Notes: generated from the letters alone by a model not told the origin. A stretch of 64,000 bases of DNA from Octopus sinensis (GCF_006345805.1 NC_042999.1:34906001-34970000), one strand, 5' to 3'; numbered from the stretch's first letter, positions 22,861 to 37,326 are shown. Program-made: numbers and translations.

Positions 22861-25800
22861 GACCAATCATGGATAGGCTGAATGTACATTTTCGACCACT
22901 TGAACATATAGAGACTTTAGAAATAACAGCTAATTCTCCCTCAAATCTTACCCAAAAGTATCACTACAAATAAGGATATAGTCCTAGATACACTTTTTGA
23001 CACCATGATAGGATAGTACCGTCTGGAACGCTTTTGATATAGTTCTGTTGAACGCGAGCTGTTCTGGAGCTAAACAGCAACAGCTGTTAATTAGGAAATC
23101 CCAATATATTCACCGTTGTACTTGGATTGAGAATAATATTGATTTCTTATGCGAAAATTAAATCTTAAAATCAATGACTACTGCTTCTTATCGATTTCAA
23201 AGGAACAAAAATGAAGATCGAACCGGTAGACAATTTCATCTAGGTGTGAACTTGACGACTTTCAACGAATTATTCAAATTCTCTAAAGTAATACAGTATT
23301 TTAGAAATAAATAAATAAATGTTTTCATGCAAATGGTTGCAGTATTTTTGCTTGATGTTAGAAACATGTTGACCAAATACATAAAACTGGTCTTTTATCA
23401 TTTTTTAATATGTATATAACTTTTTTCATATCAAATGTAATGCATATTCGTTGAATTCTCCCGATAATTGTCTATTTACATTTTTGAGGAAATTTCAGTT
23501 TTTTTTTTCATGAAGTTTGGTTCCTAAGGAAAGTCACGTTTCTTTCTTCTAAGTATCCGTGTACCTGCAGTGAATTCCATAAAAGAAATTTGTGATTTTA
23601 ACAGGGGATTATATATAAAAGTTACTTTTTTTCTTGTAATTGAATATGCACCGTTAGGAAAATTTTCACTCATATTTAATCTAATCTAAATCAATCTCTA
23701 TTTTTGCCTTATTTTTTGGTTCTTTGTTTGCTTTCGTTTGTTTGTTTGGTTGGTTTTTTTTGTTGTTTTCAGAAAAAATTTCCCTACATTCAATTAGGAA
23801 CGATGTATTTTTTTATCGAAATCATTGCAAGAAGCTTAAAGCTCTGAAATTGTTCGATGCTTCGCAGTTTAAAAGAAAATTGAAAATATAATGAAAAAGT
23901 CATGCCCATAGGAAATGCGACTGTAATAAACAAGAGAATGAACACACAGTTAATATGAGAAAGAACATACGCACTTATGTGAAACTTAATACAATTATAT
24001 CTTATTTTATATTCTTTACATGAATATATCTAATAGCACAGAACGAACAATTATAATGAAACAATCTCATAATAATTGAAAAGGAAAAGTGAGAAGGTAC
24101 AACATGAAATAAGATAAAGAATTAGTTAGCTTACGGTTGTCGTATATACCAGACTTTATTATGTCGGGTGTGCCGAGTTGCAAATATTCGAATTTTGTAA
24201 TTCTGTTTCGTATACCTCTTATATATGACATCTTAGTTATAAGTCTTCAACTTCAACTTTCCGTTGCCGCAGAATAGATTTAACATTTGAAAACGTCTTA
24301 CATATAAAACGGATGTTGTGAAAGTATAGGGGTCGAGTATATTTTGACTGTTTCAGCGATACATCATATAATCATACACTCAGAAAAGACCGGACCATTA
24401 CAGACTATGCTCGAAATATCAAGTGTTTATAAAGCAGTAAATAACATCAAACTCTGAAGCCTAACATGTACTCCAAGTGAAGCAACATCCCTTCTCCTAC
24501 TTTTCCAGCAACCATTTATACCATTTTGTTCTTGTTAAATTCATGTTGCTTACCATTTTCACTGCGATTTTGTCCTTGTATGTACAACAGTGACAACAAT
24601 CACATTACTTCTCTCATGGATAGCTTATTATCGATTCAGAGCTCATTTCATCACACACTGATGGAAATCTACTGATGTCCAGTTCTACCTACAAAATGAC
24701 CGAGCCGTCTACAACTAAACTGACCCTCTAGCTGGACTTGTCCAGTAAGAGTGCATGTGGACACCGGGCGAGATTGGAAAAGCAAACCTACCAAAGATGG
24801 ACTGAACGCCATAGCCAATTGCACCTATATCCTAACGGGTGTCACCAAGGATGTCAGGCTCCATGAACCACTTGATGTAAACTAATTTTGATTTTATATC
24901 AGGCCAGACAGGAATCGGAAATATATAGAAAACTCGAGACTGACAAAGAAGGAAAAATATGGTTAAAAAATATGCAAGGTAAAATAATATGTTGAATGAA
25001 ATATCTTGAGGTTTTAGACACCTGTTCCACAAAGCCCCGTCTTGTTTTTCATCAGCGACAATTTAATAAATAGCCCTTTCAATTTAATGAAATAAATCAC
25101 CGCCGTATCAATCTTACACTTACTTTTTTATAAGTTATAAGCAGCATTACTTCCCATTTCTTAGCTCACTACAACAGAGACCTAATTTTTCCTAGTCTAA
25201 AAGAAATCTATATCTCCACTAAGCAATTGCAAATCTCCTAGAGTGAGACATAAGTTTACAACAGACTAGTGCAATCACTCGTGTCCATTCCCAGTCGGAT
25301 TCATTTCCATTTCTTAAACCTCTGGTATTTTACAAACCGAGTAAAATGCTAAGTAGCTTAATTCTATTTACGCATAAATATGGAACCTAAGTTAACAGAT
25401 GTGTTAGGTTATATTGAAGACGACCTGCAAGAGATGATCATGTGGTCATGTAAATTCGTATTCCCTGCGATTTTTTGTTTGCATGTTTGTTTGTTTTTTT
25501 GTTTTTGTTTTGTTTTTTAGTTTTTTAGCTTTTTTGATAGACTGTCCGCGATGGTTAAACCAAGCTATAGTTGAAAATCAAGTTGTGCTTCAGAAGTTAT
25601 AAATTGCAGATGCGTGCGCATATTTGAAACCGAAAAACAGATTAATTCAGTTGTGACTCGACAACGGTAGTTTTCTCAAGCTATATGCACTTACGTAAAG
25701 ACACAAGGAAAATGTGCATTTGACTCTCATAAATTTTGTAAAGGAATTTTAATACAAAAATTTACTTCTCTCCATAGATATGAACAACATATAAATAAGA

Positions 25801-28745
25801 CTACATTTGTTATAACATACCAACATCGAGGATCACTCTCTTGACGATATATACGCACAATGGCAAAGGTTGATCTTCATTTACCGGACAAGAAATATTT
25901 TAGTTTTAAATAGCTACTAATGAGATCTACAATGAAGTATTGCATCCGACTCAGGTATAAAGTCAACTACTAACAAATTCTGATTGCTGTCCCTGGAGTC
26001 ACTCTTCTATGGGTCTGCTGATATGGTGACATCCCCACATCTTTATTCAATCGTCTCTCTTTCACAAAGACACTGACGAATTTATTTTACCGAAAACAAA
26101 GTGAGAGATACACTAGGGGCTTGAATGAATATATATCAACTTCTTAGAATATTTATGCATGTAAAAGCAAATAGGTAATGACACGCATAAAGAACAATAA
26201 GCAAGATTTTGCAAAACGAAAACAACATATACATTGAGACAGACGTATAAAGGCACACAAACACATTACCGAGATGGCATGACCATGGTAAGACTATACA
26301 CAGATATTATTGACATTTGTTTAAAAATATTAAATCTTTTGTAATCTATGGGTTTTATTTGGTTTACATCACATGTAATATTTCTCACTAAATCTCTGTC
26401 CATTCAGCATTGACATGACATTTTCAGAAGTCTAAAACTCTATGAGGATTCCACATTCGTTTGTCAACTAACTGCATTGTGTAACTGATTAACCAAATAT
26501 TTTTTTTCCTTCTAAGCTATAACTTTCTTAGTTGAAGATAACAATCTTGTTTAACATTTATGTACTCATGGTTACTGAGCAAGAAATATTATGTTCAATA
26601 GACATGAGTTCATCTTACTGCATATTAATAACACAAACGATACACAAACACATGTTCAGAATTGCAGAAAGAATATCTGCAACAACGATGGTTCTTCTAG
26701 AACAACGGATTAACAATTTGATGTATAGAATAAGATTCTCTTCCGACGTCCAGTTACAAAACAATCATATTTCAAGAAGCTATAATCAATCAATAAATAC
26801 AGGTCACATGAAAACGTAACCATACTGAATTGAATGAAACTCTTCGGTGCATTGTTGTTCTCGGCATGAAAACAACATTATATAGAAAAAATAATTTCTT
26901 CATTTCACCAAAATTGATTATCTTCCAAGCACAGTAAATCTAATCTCCGTTTTTATATGTGAGTGTATATATATATATATATACACGTTCTCTTCTAGAT
27001 TTTTATGCGTGTGATTATGGGATTTAGATATGAGTAAAATTGTCTAAGTGCATGCATATGTATATAAAAAGTATATATGTTTGTATGGAAATAGTTGTTT
27101 TAAAGTGCAACTGATAGATAAATAAATAACTGATATTTTTCCGCTTGACTTACAAAAATCATAGCTTATACTTTCGTAAATATTTGATTTTCATTAATTT
27201 CGGATATTATTTGGACCAATTCAATCGGTTTTCTTTAAATGTTATATGTTACTACTTCATAGATTTTCCTAGTCCTTTTCGTCTTTAATTACTTTCTGTT
27301 TTATACCTGATCCTGTAATCTTCAGTTTCAAAAGCTTCAAATGTCTATTTTGAAATGTATTCCAAATAAAATAGAAATAGAACTTTTGAAATACTTCGAA
27401 GAGATAGATTTACATTACACGTTAAGGGCACATATTCTCATAAGGAACTAATGTATTCCACTTTAGCTATTTGAATAATGTTTCCTTTTCCTTGTTTGTT
27501 TTTCATTTCCGTTTCAACATTATAAAATTCTTAATATTTAAATGCTTCAAGTGTTTCTATATACATGTTAATAAATCTAAAATTCTTGCCCAAAGTAAAT
27601 TATAAGTTTGAGTTCGAGAAACATTACACAAGATTTTGCTAATAAAATATGTAATGTCTATTTTTTCCTCTCGTGATTTAAACAGCTGTTCAATTATGAA
27701 GTAGAAATGAGGAACGAAAATGTTAACGTTTAAATATATTCATATACTTTCTAACACAAAATTGGAACACAGTTCAGCTTGCTGAAAGCTACAGCTCGGT
27801 TAAGAAAAACTGAGTATGTTGACTGTTGAAATCAAAGGAATCAGAGGCGTGAAGAATTGTTGCTATAAACTTGTCTCTACGTCGATCATAGCATGTAAAT
27901 GCTCGATTTTTTCTGTTTACTTTTCTATTTTCTAATAGAAAAGATCTAGTTATATATTCTCAACATTCATAACACATTGGTCAGGGGTCATCAGATTTTG
28001 AACGCGATATAAATATTATGAATTGGTTTTATAATCTTAATATATAAAATACCCTGTCTGTGTGTGTGTGTGTGTGTCCTCAATGGACGCTCGAACCTCA
28101 GGATCAATAATTTGACCTTGGAAAGAATAATACGGTCTTTTTTTTTTTTACAATAAATAATATTGCTCTCTATATAAAAATCCACTTCTTCAAACCATTT
28201 CTCAACTTCATGTGTTTGAACTTTCTGTCTTTGGCGTCCTAACCAGCTATTTACACACACACTTATATATACATCATTACAGTTGAGATGATTTCTGATA
28301 AAAAAGAATTTCTAATGGTACTTTCATGTCAGAAAAACATTTTTCATACAGAGATAGACATCTTTTCCTCAATTAATTAAATGAGGTGCTGTACACTGTA
28401 CGTTGATTTTTCAATACATATTTTGGACATTTTTGAAATAAGTCGCCTTGTTAAGACTTGATATTTCACATTTAAATCCCATGTGATTATTCTTGGCGCA
28501 AATCGACTTGTTAACGCTTTCACTTAACTGTTTCGTCAATGCCAACATACTAGGTAACCAGCTAATTACACACACACGTATGTATGCATCATTACAGATG
28601 TGACGATTTCATATAAAAAAGAATTTCTAAAGTTACTTTCTCCGACTTTCTATTTGCGTAAGATATATACCTTTGTAAGTGTGTGTGTGCGTAAGATATA
28701 TACCTTTATAAGTGTGTGTGTGCGTAAGATATATACCTACGTAAG

Positions 28746-28789
<44 letters not shown>

Positions 28790-28846
28790 TTTCATACGAA
28801 GATTACATTTAATTGATCAATTGTCAACAGGGAATAACTACAGATA

Positions 28847-29556
28847 TCTGCGCCCCTCCCTACACCGAATTTGGATGATCATAACTTTCAGAAAAATGGA
28901 AATTTTTTAATGACATTTTCTATGAATATGTGTTATATCACGTAGATTCCGAATATACAAATTTTTGTTTTGATGGGGGAGTTTTAGGAGGGGATGGGGA
29001 GGTCTTCGGAAAATTCACCAGAGTCCACTTCAATTCGCTTAACTTTCAGGAAAATTGATACTTTTTAATGAAATTGTCTACAAATATACCTCGTTCTATG
29101 TAGATTCAGAACATATAGGATATTTGAGGGAAACCATTGAGGGTTATTTTTGAGAACTGTTCCCCCCCCCCCTGGGGGATGTTTTGAAACAAGTCGGCCA
29201 TGTTTGTTACATCTCTGTTTTCTGCGTTTGTGTATCCATAGATTTCTACTGAAGCAACAGGCAATGAAGGCAAGTGACGGCCTCACCAGAAAACTCATGC
29301 TAAAAATAACAGCTAAGTGTCTGGTACACAGATACATGTTATTAAGACGACTTATCTGTTGCATACGATTTTCCCCACTTTAAGTAAATTCCAATGTAAA
29401 CGGTTCTAATAGAAAGGCAGAAGACACCTGAAGCACAAATAAGGAATATGCACGCACAGTTATATTTGGAAGTGTAAAGGATAATTTGTTACATAATCTC
29501 TATAATGAACATAATACTGAATGGAATAATTCCTTGTTTTAACTTTTTCAATATGT

Positions 29557-29621
<65 letters not shown>

Positions 29622-30197
29622 CACTGAAAATAAGCATGTCACCCCTTCGTGCTTTTCTTTTCTATGGATTCCGACCTTGTCTCCAAGGGAGATTCTGAAC
29701 ATGCAAACAAAATCTACTATTAGATTTGTTAATACATCCCCTCCTAAACTTTTCAATTTTTTTCCAGAAATTTTACGACTAGGGCTAATGGTTATATACG
29801 GATGCACAAACGCACAAAACGGAGAAACTGAAACAAATATAGACGACCTGTTCCGAAACACTCCTCCCACCCTACCCCAGTGAGGAACAGTTTGTAAAAG
29901 TAACCCCCAATTGTTTCCCCCAAAATCCTATATGCTTGGAAACTACATAGTCCCAGCTATATTTGTAGACAATTTAATTTAAAATATCCATTTTCCGGAA
30001 AGTTAAGTTAAGACGAATTGAAGTGGAGTCCGGTGAATTTTCCGAAAATCCTCCCACCCCCTTCTAAAACACTTCTCCACCAAAAAATAGTTTATATTCG
30101 GAATCTACATGGTATAATACATATTTACAGAAAATGTCATTAAAAAAGATTTATTTTTTCTGAAAGTTAATATCATCCAAAATCGGGTGGGGGCAGA
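28847..30197. mobile_element. Foldback-like element with about 390-bp degenerate inverted arms
   Basis: Left arm 28847-about 29240 aligns by eye to the reverse complement of about 29795-30197 (e.g. TTTGGATGATCATAACTTTCAG vs CTGAAAGTTAATATCATCCAAA); each arm holds an internal duplication; non-coding middle with (GT)n. Confidence 0.85.
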
Positions 30198-31255
30198 AAG
30201 CTTGTTGTGTCATAGTACCAACTGTCAATGATCTCATAATGCATGTGCTCCGAAACATTGCACAAAACTTTAATCAATGACTCTCTGAGCGAGCCATCTT
30301 AGATACACGTAATGATGCTCTCAATAAAATCAACTGGTATCTCTTGCAACTGTTTCCTGGACAAGAACAGTCTTTTAAATCTCTCGACACTATCATTGAT
30401 CAGGACCAGGCTGTAGTTTTTCCAACTGAGTTCTTGAACTCTCAACAGCCATCTGGGATGCTACCTTACCACTCAACACTTAAAAAGGGGCTCCAATCAT
30501 GCTGCTCAGGAATCTGGATCCACTTTGTCTGTGCAATGGCACCAATCTGGTGGTAAAAGCGATGCAATCCCATGTCCTAGAGGCAGAAGTTATGACTGGG
30601 AACTATAAGGGTGAGGATGTCTTCATTTCACAGGTCCCATTAATGCCATATGATCTTCCCTTTGAATTTAAACGGTTCCAGTTCCCAGTGAAACTAAGTT
30701 TCGCTATGTCAATAAACAAGTCTCAAGGACAGTCTCTCAAGGTTGTTGGACTTCATCTTGCTTCTCTCATGGACAATTATATGTAGGATGTTCGCGAGTT
30801 GGAAGTCCCCAGAATCTTTTCATTTATACACCAATTAAAGGACAACTCATAACATAGTATATTTAGATGCTCTAGTTAATTAAACAGTGATTGATTTCCG
30901 GATTTGTTTCAATACATTTGTTTATACTCACGGCATCTGATAGAATTTTTGTTAAATGTACTTATTAACAGGAGGGGAGCGCCCGCAGACCGGCTCTTCT
31001 CAAATTTATGTATTTTCAGGTTCAACGTGTTTCAAATAAGTACTGATATTTGAAGGTGATTTCAAACACAAAGAACTACCTAGTTTTTTAATAATTTTAA
31101 TTGAGAACATCAGATAAAATGTGTTATTGATATTAACAGTTTGTATCTCAACTAATTACTTTTGAGAACTGTATAATCCATGCTTCATTTTATTTAAAGA
31201 TTTAAAAGGCATCCTTAAATTTCAATATTTTCAATAACCTGGAAAACACCGGGTT
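30198..31255 (+). mobile_element. Helitron 3' fragment: PIF1-type helicase C-terminal half (about 30200-30880) plus 3' hairpin
   Basis: VVFPTEFLNSQQPSGML, MLLRNLDP..CNGT.LVV, KRFQFPVKLSFAMSINKSQGQSL, HGQLYVGCSRV across frameshifts; hairpin AACCTGG-AAAACA-CCGGGTT at 31236-31255. Confidence 0.85.
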
Positions 31256-31259
31256 CATT

Positions 31260-32304
31260 TCATTTGAGTTTGAGTCCATGCTCAGGCCAAGTCGAAGACT
31301 CCACCCTCAGAGTCTGGTGTGGTTGCCAGGTTGTATTCTCTGTTTAATTTTGACATGTGTAGGAGCGAGTTTGAGTCAGTTTGTGCTCGTTGTGTATATC
31401 CTGGGAGATGGGGTTCATCTCTAATGGTGCTTAAGTATCTATCCAGCTGCAATTTGAATGATTCCACACTGCATCCTGATAGATTTCTGACATGTACCGG
31501 AATGGAGTTGAATAGTTGTGCTCCTCGAACCAACAGACTTGACTCTCGCAGGGTTTTTGCTGCCTGACCAGCCTTTTTGTTGATTGGTGGTAGCTGGCAG
31601 CGTCTTCCGTGGCGCAGTGAGTGGTAGGTTTTGATACCAAAGTTTGGCACCTTTTGCTCTATCATTTTCCAAATGTAAATAATTCGGTATCGCTCAAATC
31701 TTCTTTCTATTGAGTACATCTTCAAGGTTTTGAGTCTTTGCCAATAGTCCAGGTCCCTCGTTTCTGAGAAGTATGAGGTAAAATTTCTTTGGAGCGATTC
31801 CATCTTAGATAGTTGGCCCTTTGTTGTTGGTGACCACAACTGAGAACAGTAGTCAATCCTCGGAAGTATCATACTGCTCCAGAGGGTTTTCATTGTTGAG
31901 GTATCTCTTGATTTGAAGGTGCGCAAGATCCACCCGCTGTACTTTCTTGCAGTAAGACAGACTGAGTCAAGGTGTTCTCTGAATTTTAGGCTGGTTCCCA
32001 TGTGGATGCCTAAATCTTTCACATACTGTTTTTCCATTATTTGTTGTCCTGATGGGTTTCTGAAGTTTGTTGTATTTTTCAGATCTTGATCTGTTCCGTA
32101 GCGAATTAGTTCAAACTTCTTATCATTGAACAACATGTTGTTTGTTTCCTGCCATTTATATATGGTGGTCAGGTCCTTTTGTAAGGCCTCTGTATCCACC
32201 TCGTCTTTGATTTGTCTCATGACCCTGGTGTCATCAGCAAAGGATGAGACGTTGCTGGTTGTATCTTCATCTATGTCAGAGATGAGGATGAGAAACAGGA
32301 TTGG
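31260..32304 (-). mobile_element. 5'-truncated CR1/L2-group LINE with open RT C-terminal frame
   Basis: PILFLILISDID..SSFADDTRV then VKDLGI, LPRIDYCSQLWSP, SIERRFERYRIIYIWK, GAQLFNSIP; stop at 31282; tail CTCAAA/AAATG. Confidence 0.9.
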
Positions 32305-33039
32305 GAAACGTATAAAGTTGGTATCTCAGCTACTAGGAGGTAAGACCTGCGTAGTCTATGTTTCATGTTAGAGATCTAAAGGGCGTTTTTTAATTTCATT
32401 ATTCTCTTTAGCCCGGGCAACACCGGATATTTCTGTCAATTATTTTATAAAGAACTAATAATAGAGCTTCTGCAAATACAGTAAAGTATGTTATATTAAA
32501 ATACTAGAAACTAATACAATCGAAGAATAACTATATAACATTCAATACAAATTGAATTAGAGCTGACTAAAAGCAAATAAATTGAGTTTAAGAAACAAAA
32601 TAGCCAAAGATCATTTCGTGAAACATTGTGTTTTTTCATGAATCTGACATTCTCATATGAACACAAACTTGTGGCGAATCGAGAATTAAAAACACGTAGT
32701 AGGGTTTAATAAATAATTATGTTCTGTCGGAGATTTGGTGGAGCATTTGATTTGCCTCTTATGTCACAATTTTCTGCAGACGACATAATATAATTCTAGA
32801 TCAAAGCTGAGTTTTGTTCATAGACCATGATTTCTCACATATCATCTTCCTTAGTATAATCACTCTGATCATAAATCAGCACTGTTTATTGATCTGGGGT
32901 GTTCAGCATTCTTCATAGGTTAACACTCAGCTCGGGGATGTTTTGTTTTAATTGTTGCCCTACACGAAGGAATATCGCCCATGAATTTCACAGGCCCTTC
33001 TAGACTAGTGAGACAGATACTATACTAATGCTCTTTTTT

Positions 33040-33390
33040 TTTAACCTTCGTAAGTCAACAACAACTGAAGGAAATACACATGCCACGAGCGATTCCAGTG
33101 GAATGCAACGCTCTGAGGAGGAAGGCACGATTGTAGCGATAAGTGTGGAACTTGGCAGGTTGAACACAGCAGTGAGGACAAAAGGAAGAGAGATAAGGGA
33201 TTCTGAAATGCCTGAGTAGAGTTCACATGAGCCCAGCTACCACTGAAGAGCAGATGTTATTATGGCATCTGTTGACAAGACAGAGAGAAAAGACATATCT
33301 ATCTTGACTTGATAGGGAGGGAGAGTTATTGCAGTGTGGTCCAAGCTATGTTAAACATGTGCTTTTGCCATGAGCTCCAACATTAATACT
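33040..33390 (-). pseudogene. Decayed LINE 3' end (CR1-group-like)
   Basis: FHTYRYNRAFLLRALHSTG..VFPSVVVDLR resembles the Y..SF.PR...WN.LP..VFP tail motif. Confidence 0.4.
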
Positions 33391-36250
33391 GTTCATGGTT
33401 CAACTCGTTTCATGGACTGTAACTTTTCGTTCACCAGTTCACATCTTAATGACCTCTACCATTTATATATTAAATGTGATAAAATTGACACAGCCCAAGG
33501 TTTAATTATGAATCCTTATTCTTCGTACGATAGTTGAACATCATATATCAGAAATCAGAGATTCTCCAACAATGCCCAGCCAATTAACGTATCCGTAATT
33601 AACTACAGAAGACTTCACATCTATGTAGCTATATAGTTTGATGTTTCATATAAATCTCCATGTTACTGGATGCAATTTAATTCAGCCAGAAATTCTCGGT
33701 AAGAATAATGAGTTGAGTAGAAAGTGCGCAGGTAAAAGAGAGAAAACTGAATACACAGCACTGACTGGACATTACTGGAATTCTTGGACATTATTCACAG
33801 GAATACTTGGAAAAGTTGGCTGAGTGAACCCAATATTGAACAGTGATGTACAAGCACATAGGTATACAGACATTAACATAATCTAATATTTATCGTGTTA
33901 CTATTTGACTAAGTTAACGTGTAAAATCCTTTTGTTAACAGGTCCCGATACTGAAATAATGAAATTCGAAATTATGACTTTTTTTTACTTTAGTGAGATT
34001 CCACAGCAGTAACAGAGTGAAGTAAAAAGTATTTATTAGCCATATTAACCATGTAAACTGAGGACGGTAGAACTGTGATATAGCTCAATGGTGACAACAT
34101 GATTCAAACTACAACTCCATACATCAGAACGTCTAGATAAACCGTAGCCTCTTGATTATTACTAACTCATCAAGTAAAATTATAGAAAAAAAAAGAAGAC
34201 ATTGTGCATTGCTGACGATGTCTGCAGAGAGTTGTGACAGGTTCTCGTAAATGATAAGTAATTATTATTAGCTCATATTTTATGAAGAATTGAAGCAAAC
34301 AAAAATGAAAATTGCAGACACATAATTTTAAAAACTAGACAACGAAACATTCAGAGATGTCAGATATTCTTTCCCATGTTGTCGTTCTAGTCAATTTCAT
34401 TGGCATTTAAATAAATAAGTTAAAATCACTTGGTCAATATTTCATTTCCCCAACCCATGCACAGCTGTCTCTGATAATTCAAACTCTATATGCTTAGTTA
34501 ATTCTTAAATTAAAACAAAACCAATATCAAAATACAAATACAATGAAATATTTATCAACTACATAAATAGGTTCTTAATACTTCTATCACGAGATATTAT
34601 CTGAAGAGAGGCAAAGATACCAATTCTGAGTTCGAACACTTATGCCTGATCACCTTGCAGTACATTTTCGGTTTCCTTCTCTTTCCATTTTTAAAAATAA
34701 ATTTAGTGTTGATATAAGAAGTTAGGGATCCTGCTTGGCGGGAAATTATAGTAACTTCGCATTCTTCGCATACCTTCATATGTAGCATTGCTATATTCAC
34801 GAAACACAAACCGTAATATCACTTAAATTTTTCATGACAATAAAAATTGACACTTTTGAGAAATACTATTTTCTGTATGAGTCCTTGGTACACTAGTTCT
34901 GTAATTTTAATTCTTTCCAGCATTCAATAAGAAATTTGAGCCTACAATAATACTTTTGATTTCTTTTATTAGACTTTATTTGATTTTATTAGATTTATCA
35001 GACTTGGAGCATTGGAGTATATACTGATTAAACTGACTCCATTATTGACTAGTATTTATGGCATCGACCTCAGAAGAATAAAAGAAATCTGACCCTGTGT
35101 CACATGTAATATTTAATGTAAATATGTAACCATTTAGTATGAATTATTGTGATGCAAAGTATATGATTTTATTTAATTTTATGGCATTAATTGCAAACAT
35201 AAAAATCATTTGAGTATCTCTAAATAACTCCTTAAACCATTTCTTCTCATTGCTTTTCTACTTATGACTGCACACTCTGATGCTACTTCAGGAACGGCAA
35301 TCAATTTAATGAAGTAAATAATTACTTAAGGTAGATGTTTCAGGATTTATTTGCTCATATTTAAATAGCACTGGAATATATACAACAATGTTACGAGTAT
35401 AAGCTATTTTACTATTGCCCTCTATATCGTAATCGTTTTAATCGGTTTAGACCTCATAATGTATGTTTAATGTTTCATATAAGTAGTGACATCCAGTGCC
35501 GGCGACCGAGTATTGATCTATTTTATTGCATTTCAATCTGTTTCTTAAAGCCGTCCACGAACATACTTCTGCATGAAAATATATGTTAACACGGGGTAAA
35601 CACCAGAGAATAAGCTTGTGAGTGCATAAAAAAAATAAACATGGATTAAGCCATACAGAAACAGGCTTGTAAGCTTGAGCATACAAAAGCAAATGTGGAT
35701 CTAAAACTGAACACAGTAATAAAGAATATTTCGTTTACTATATTTTGATACTGTATTATCAGACATAAATGTTAAATGGCGTCAAATACGGTTCTGTCCA
35801 ATCTATTATTAAACACTAATTATTTCTTGTTGCTAATTACATCTATATCTGAATACAAAAATATTATTTTCGCTCTATTAAATTATTTAGTTAATGCACT
35901 TACAAATAGTAACAATAACGCCACAAAAATGAGCATCATTTAATTCCAGAATATTTAAAAGATATACTTTCAAAACTAAGGCACTAATACTTCTTCGTTG
36001 GATACCAGGAATTTCTCCAACACGGGGTCTCGGCTACAAGGCAATGGAACTGCAAATTAGATGATCAATTTATCAGAAAGTTTTCTTCACTTTGGGGACT
36101 ATATAATTATACAAAATATTCAATTTTATGGATTTCTTTCTTGAATAATCGTGTCGAGCAGATTTTGAACACTTTCTTTTGGATTTAAGTAAGTTACACA
36201 AATATTTCTGTAAGACAGAGAGACAGAAAGAGAGACAGATGTCACTTATA

Positions 36251-36381
36251 AGTTATCTCTACAGATATCCTATAGAATTTAGAGCCACCACTGAAAGTGA
36301 CAACGTTTCGTATACGAATACGTCTATGTAAAATCTTTCAGTGCTGGTTATAAATACTATAGAATGTCTGTAAGGATAACT
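36251..36381. repeat. Imperfect inverted repeat (about 46-bp arms, 37-nt spacer)
   Basis: ACAGATATCCTATAGAATTTAGAGCCACCACTGAAAG vs CTTTCAGTGCTGGTTATAAATACTATAGAATGTCTGT; spacer contains palindrome TTCGTATACGAA. Confidence 0.8.
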
Positions 36382-36743
36382 CAAAACTGATTGAAGTGCA
36401 CCGCTAACACTAGAATGTAGCTTATAAACCTTTACAATACTTGGTAGTATATAATGGATGCTAAACTAAATACGGTGTCCTAACTCGCAATTAATGTATA
36501 TAAGTGCGTGCCTGCACGCATATATATAATTTGACCTCTCCGAAAGTCCGATAGATCTGCAATTTTAATGAATTTTAATTACCTTTCTCTGATGATATCT
36601 GAAATGAAACAGCAATTTTAACTAAACATATAAAGCAACACTAATAATAAATGAAAAAACATAAATATAAAGAAGCTTTTGACAGTTTTATAGATATTTC
36701 AAAATTATGATGCTATGTGTTTCTATTATTTTGGCCAACCGCA

Positions 36744-36798
<55 letters not shown>

Positions 36799-36804
36799 AT
36801 ATAT

Positions 36805-37020
36805 AGAAATTCGGGGTATATACATGGTGTATGTGTTCCCCAGCTGGATGGGACGCCAGTCCATCGCAGAGTTACTCACTTTTGCCAGCTGAGTGGACTG
36901 GAGCATCGTGAAATGAAGTGTTTTGCTCAAGAACACTACGCGTCACCCGGTCCAGGAATCGAGACCACAATCTTACGATTATGGTGCTGACACCCTAACC
37001 ACTAAGCCACGCGCTTCTAC
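36805..37020 (-). mobile_element. tRNA-derived SINE family C (V-domain-like core), copy 1
   Basis: Reverse complement has GGCTTAGTGGTTAGGG A-box, GGTCTCGATTCC B-box and GCGATGGACTGGCGTCCCATCCAG. Confidence 0.85.
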
Positions 37021-37110
<90 letters not shown>

Positions 37111-37111
<1 letters not shown>

Positions 37112-37325
37112 GAAATTCGGGGTATATACATGGTGTATGTGTTCCCCAGCTGGATGGGACGCCAGTCCATCGCAGAGTTACTCACTTTTGCCAGCTGAGT
37201 GGACTGGAGCATCGTGAAATGAAGTGTTTTGCTCAAGAACACTACGCGTCACCCGGTCCAGGAATCGAGACCACAATCTTACGATTATGGTGCTGACACC
37301 CTAACCACTAAGCCACGCGCTTCTA

Positions 37326-37326
<1 letters not shown>
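37111..37326 (-). mobile_element. SINE family C, copy 2 (identical tandem duplicate, period 306 bp)
   Basis: Appears identical to copy 1; the ORF translations at 36715/37021 are the same over the SINE. Confidence 0.85.

Noticed and set aside
26532-26819. 95-aa plus ORF and an NPLF(Y)-like string on the minus strand
   Set aside because: No recognisable domain or consistent splice structure.
28240-28790. About 80-bp direct repeat (28240 / 28558) and a roughly 30-bp unit x3 at 28657-28750
   Set aside because: Ordinary local duplications seeded by CA/GT tracts.
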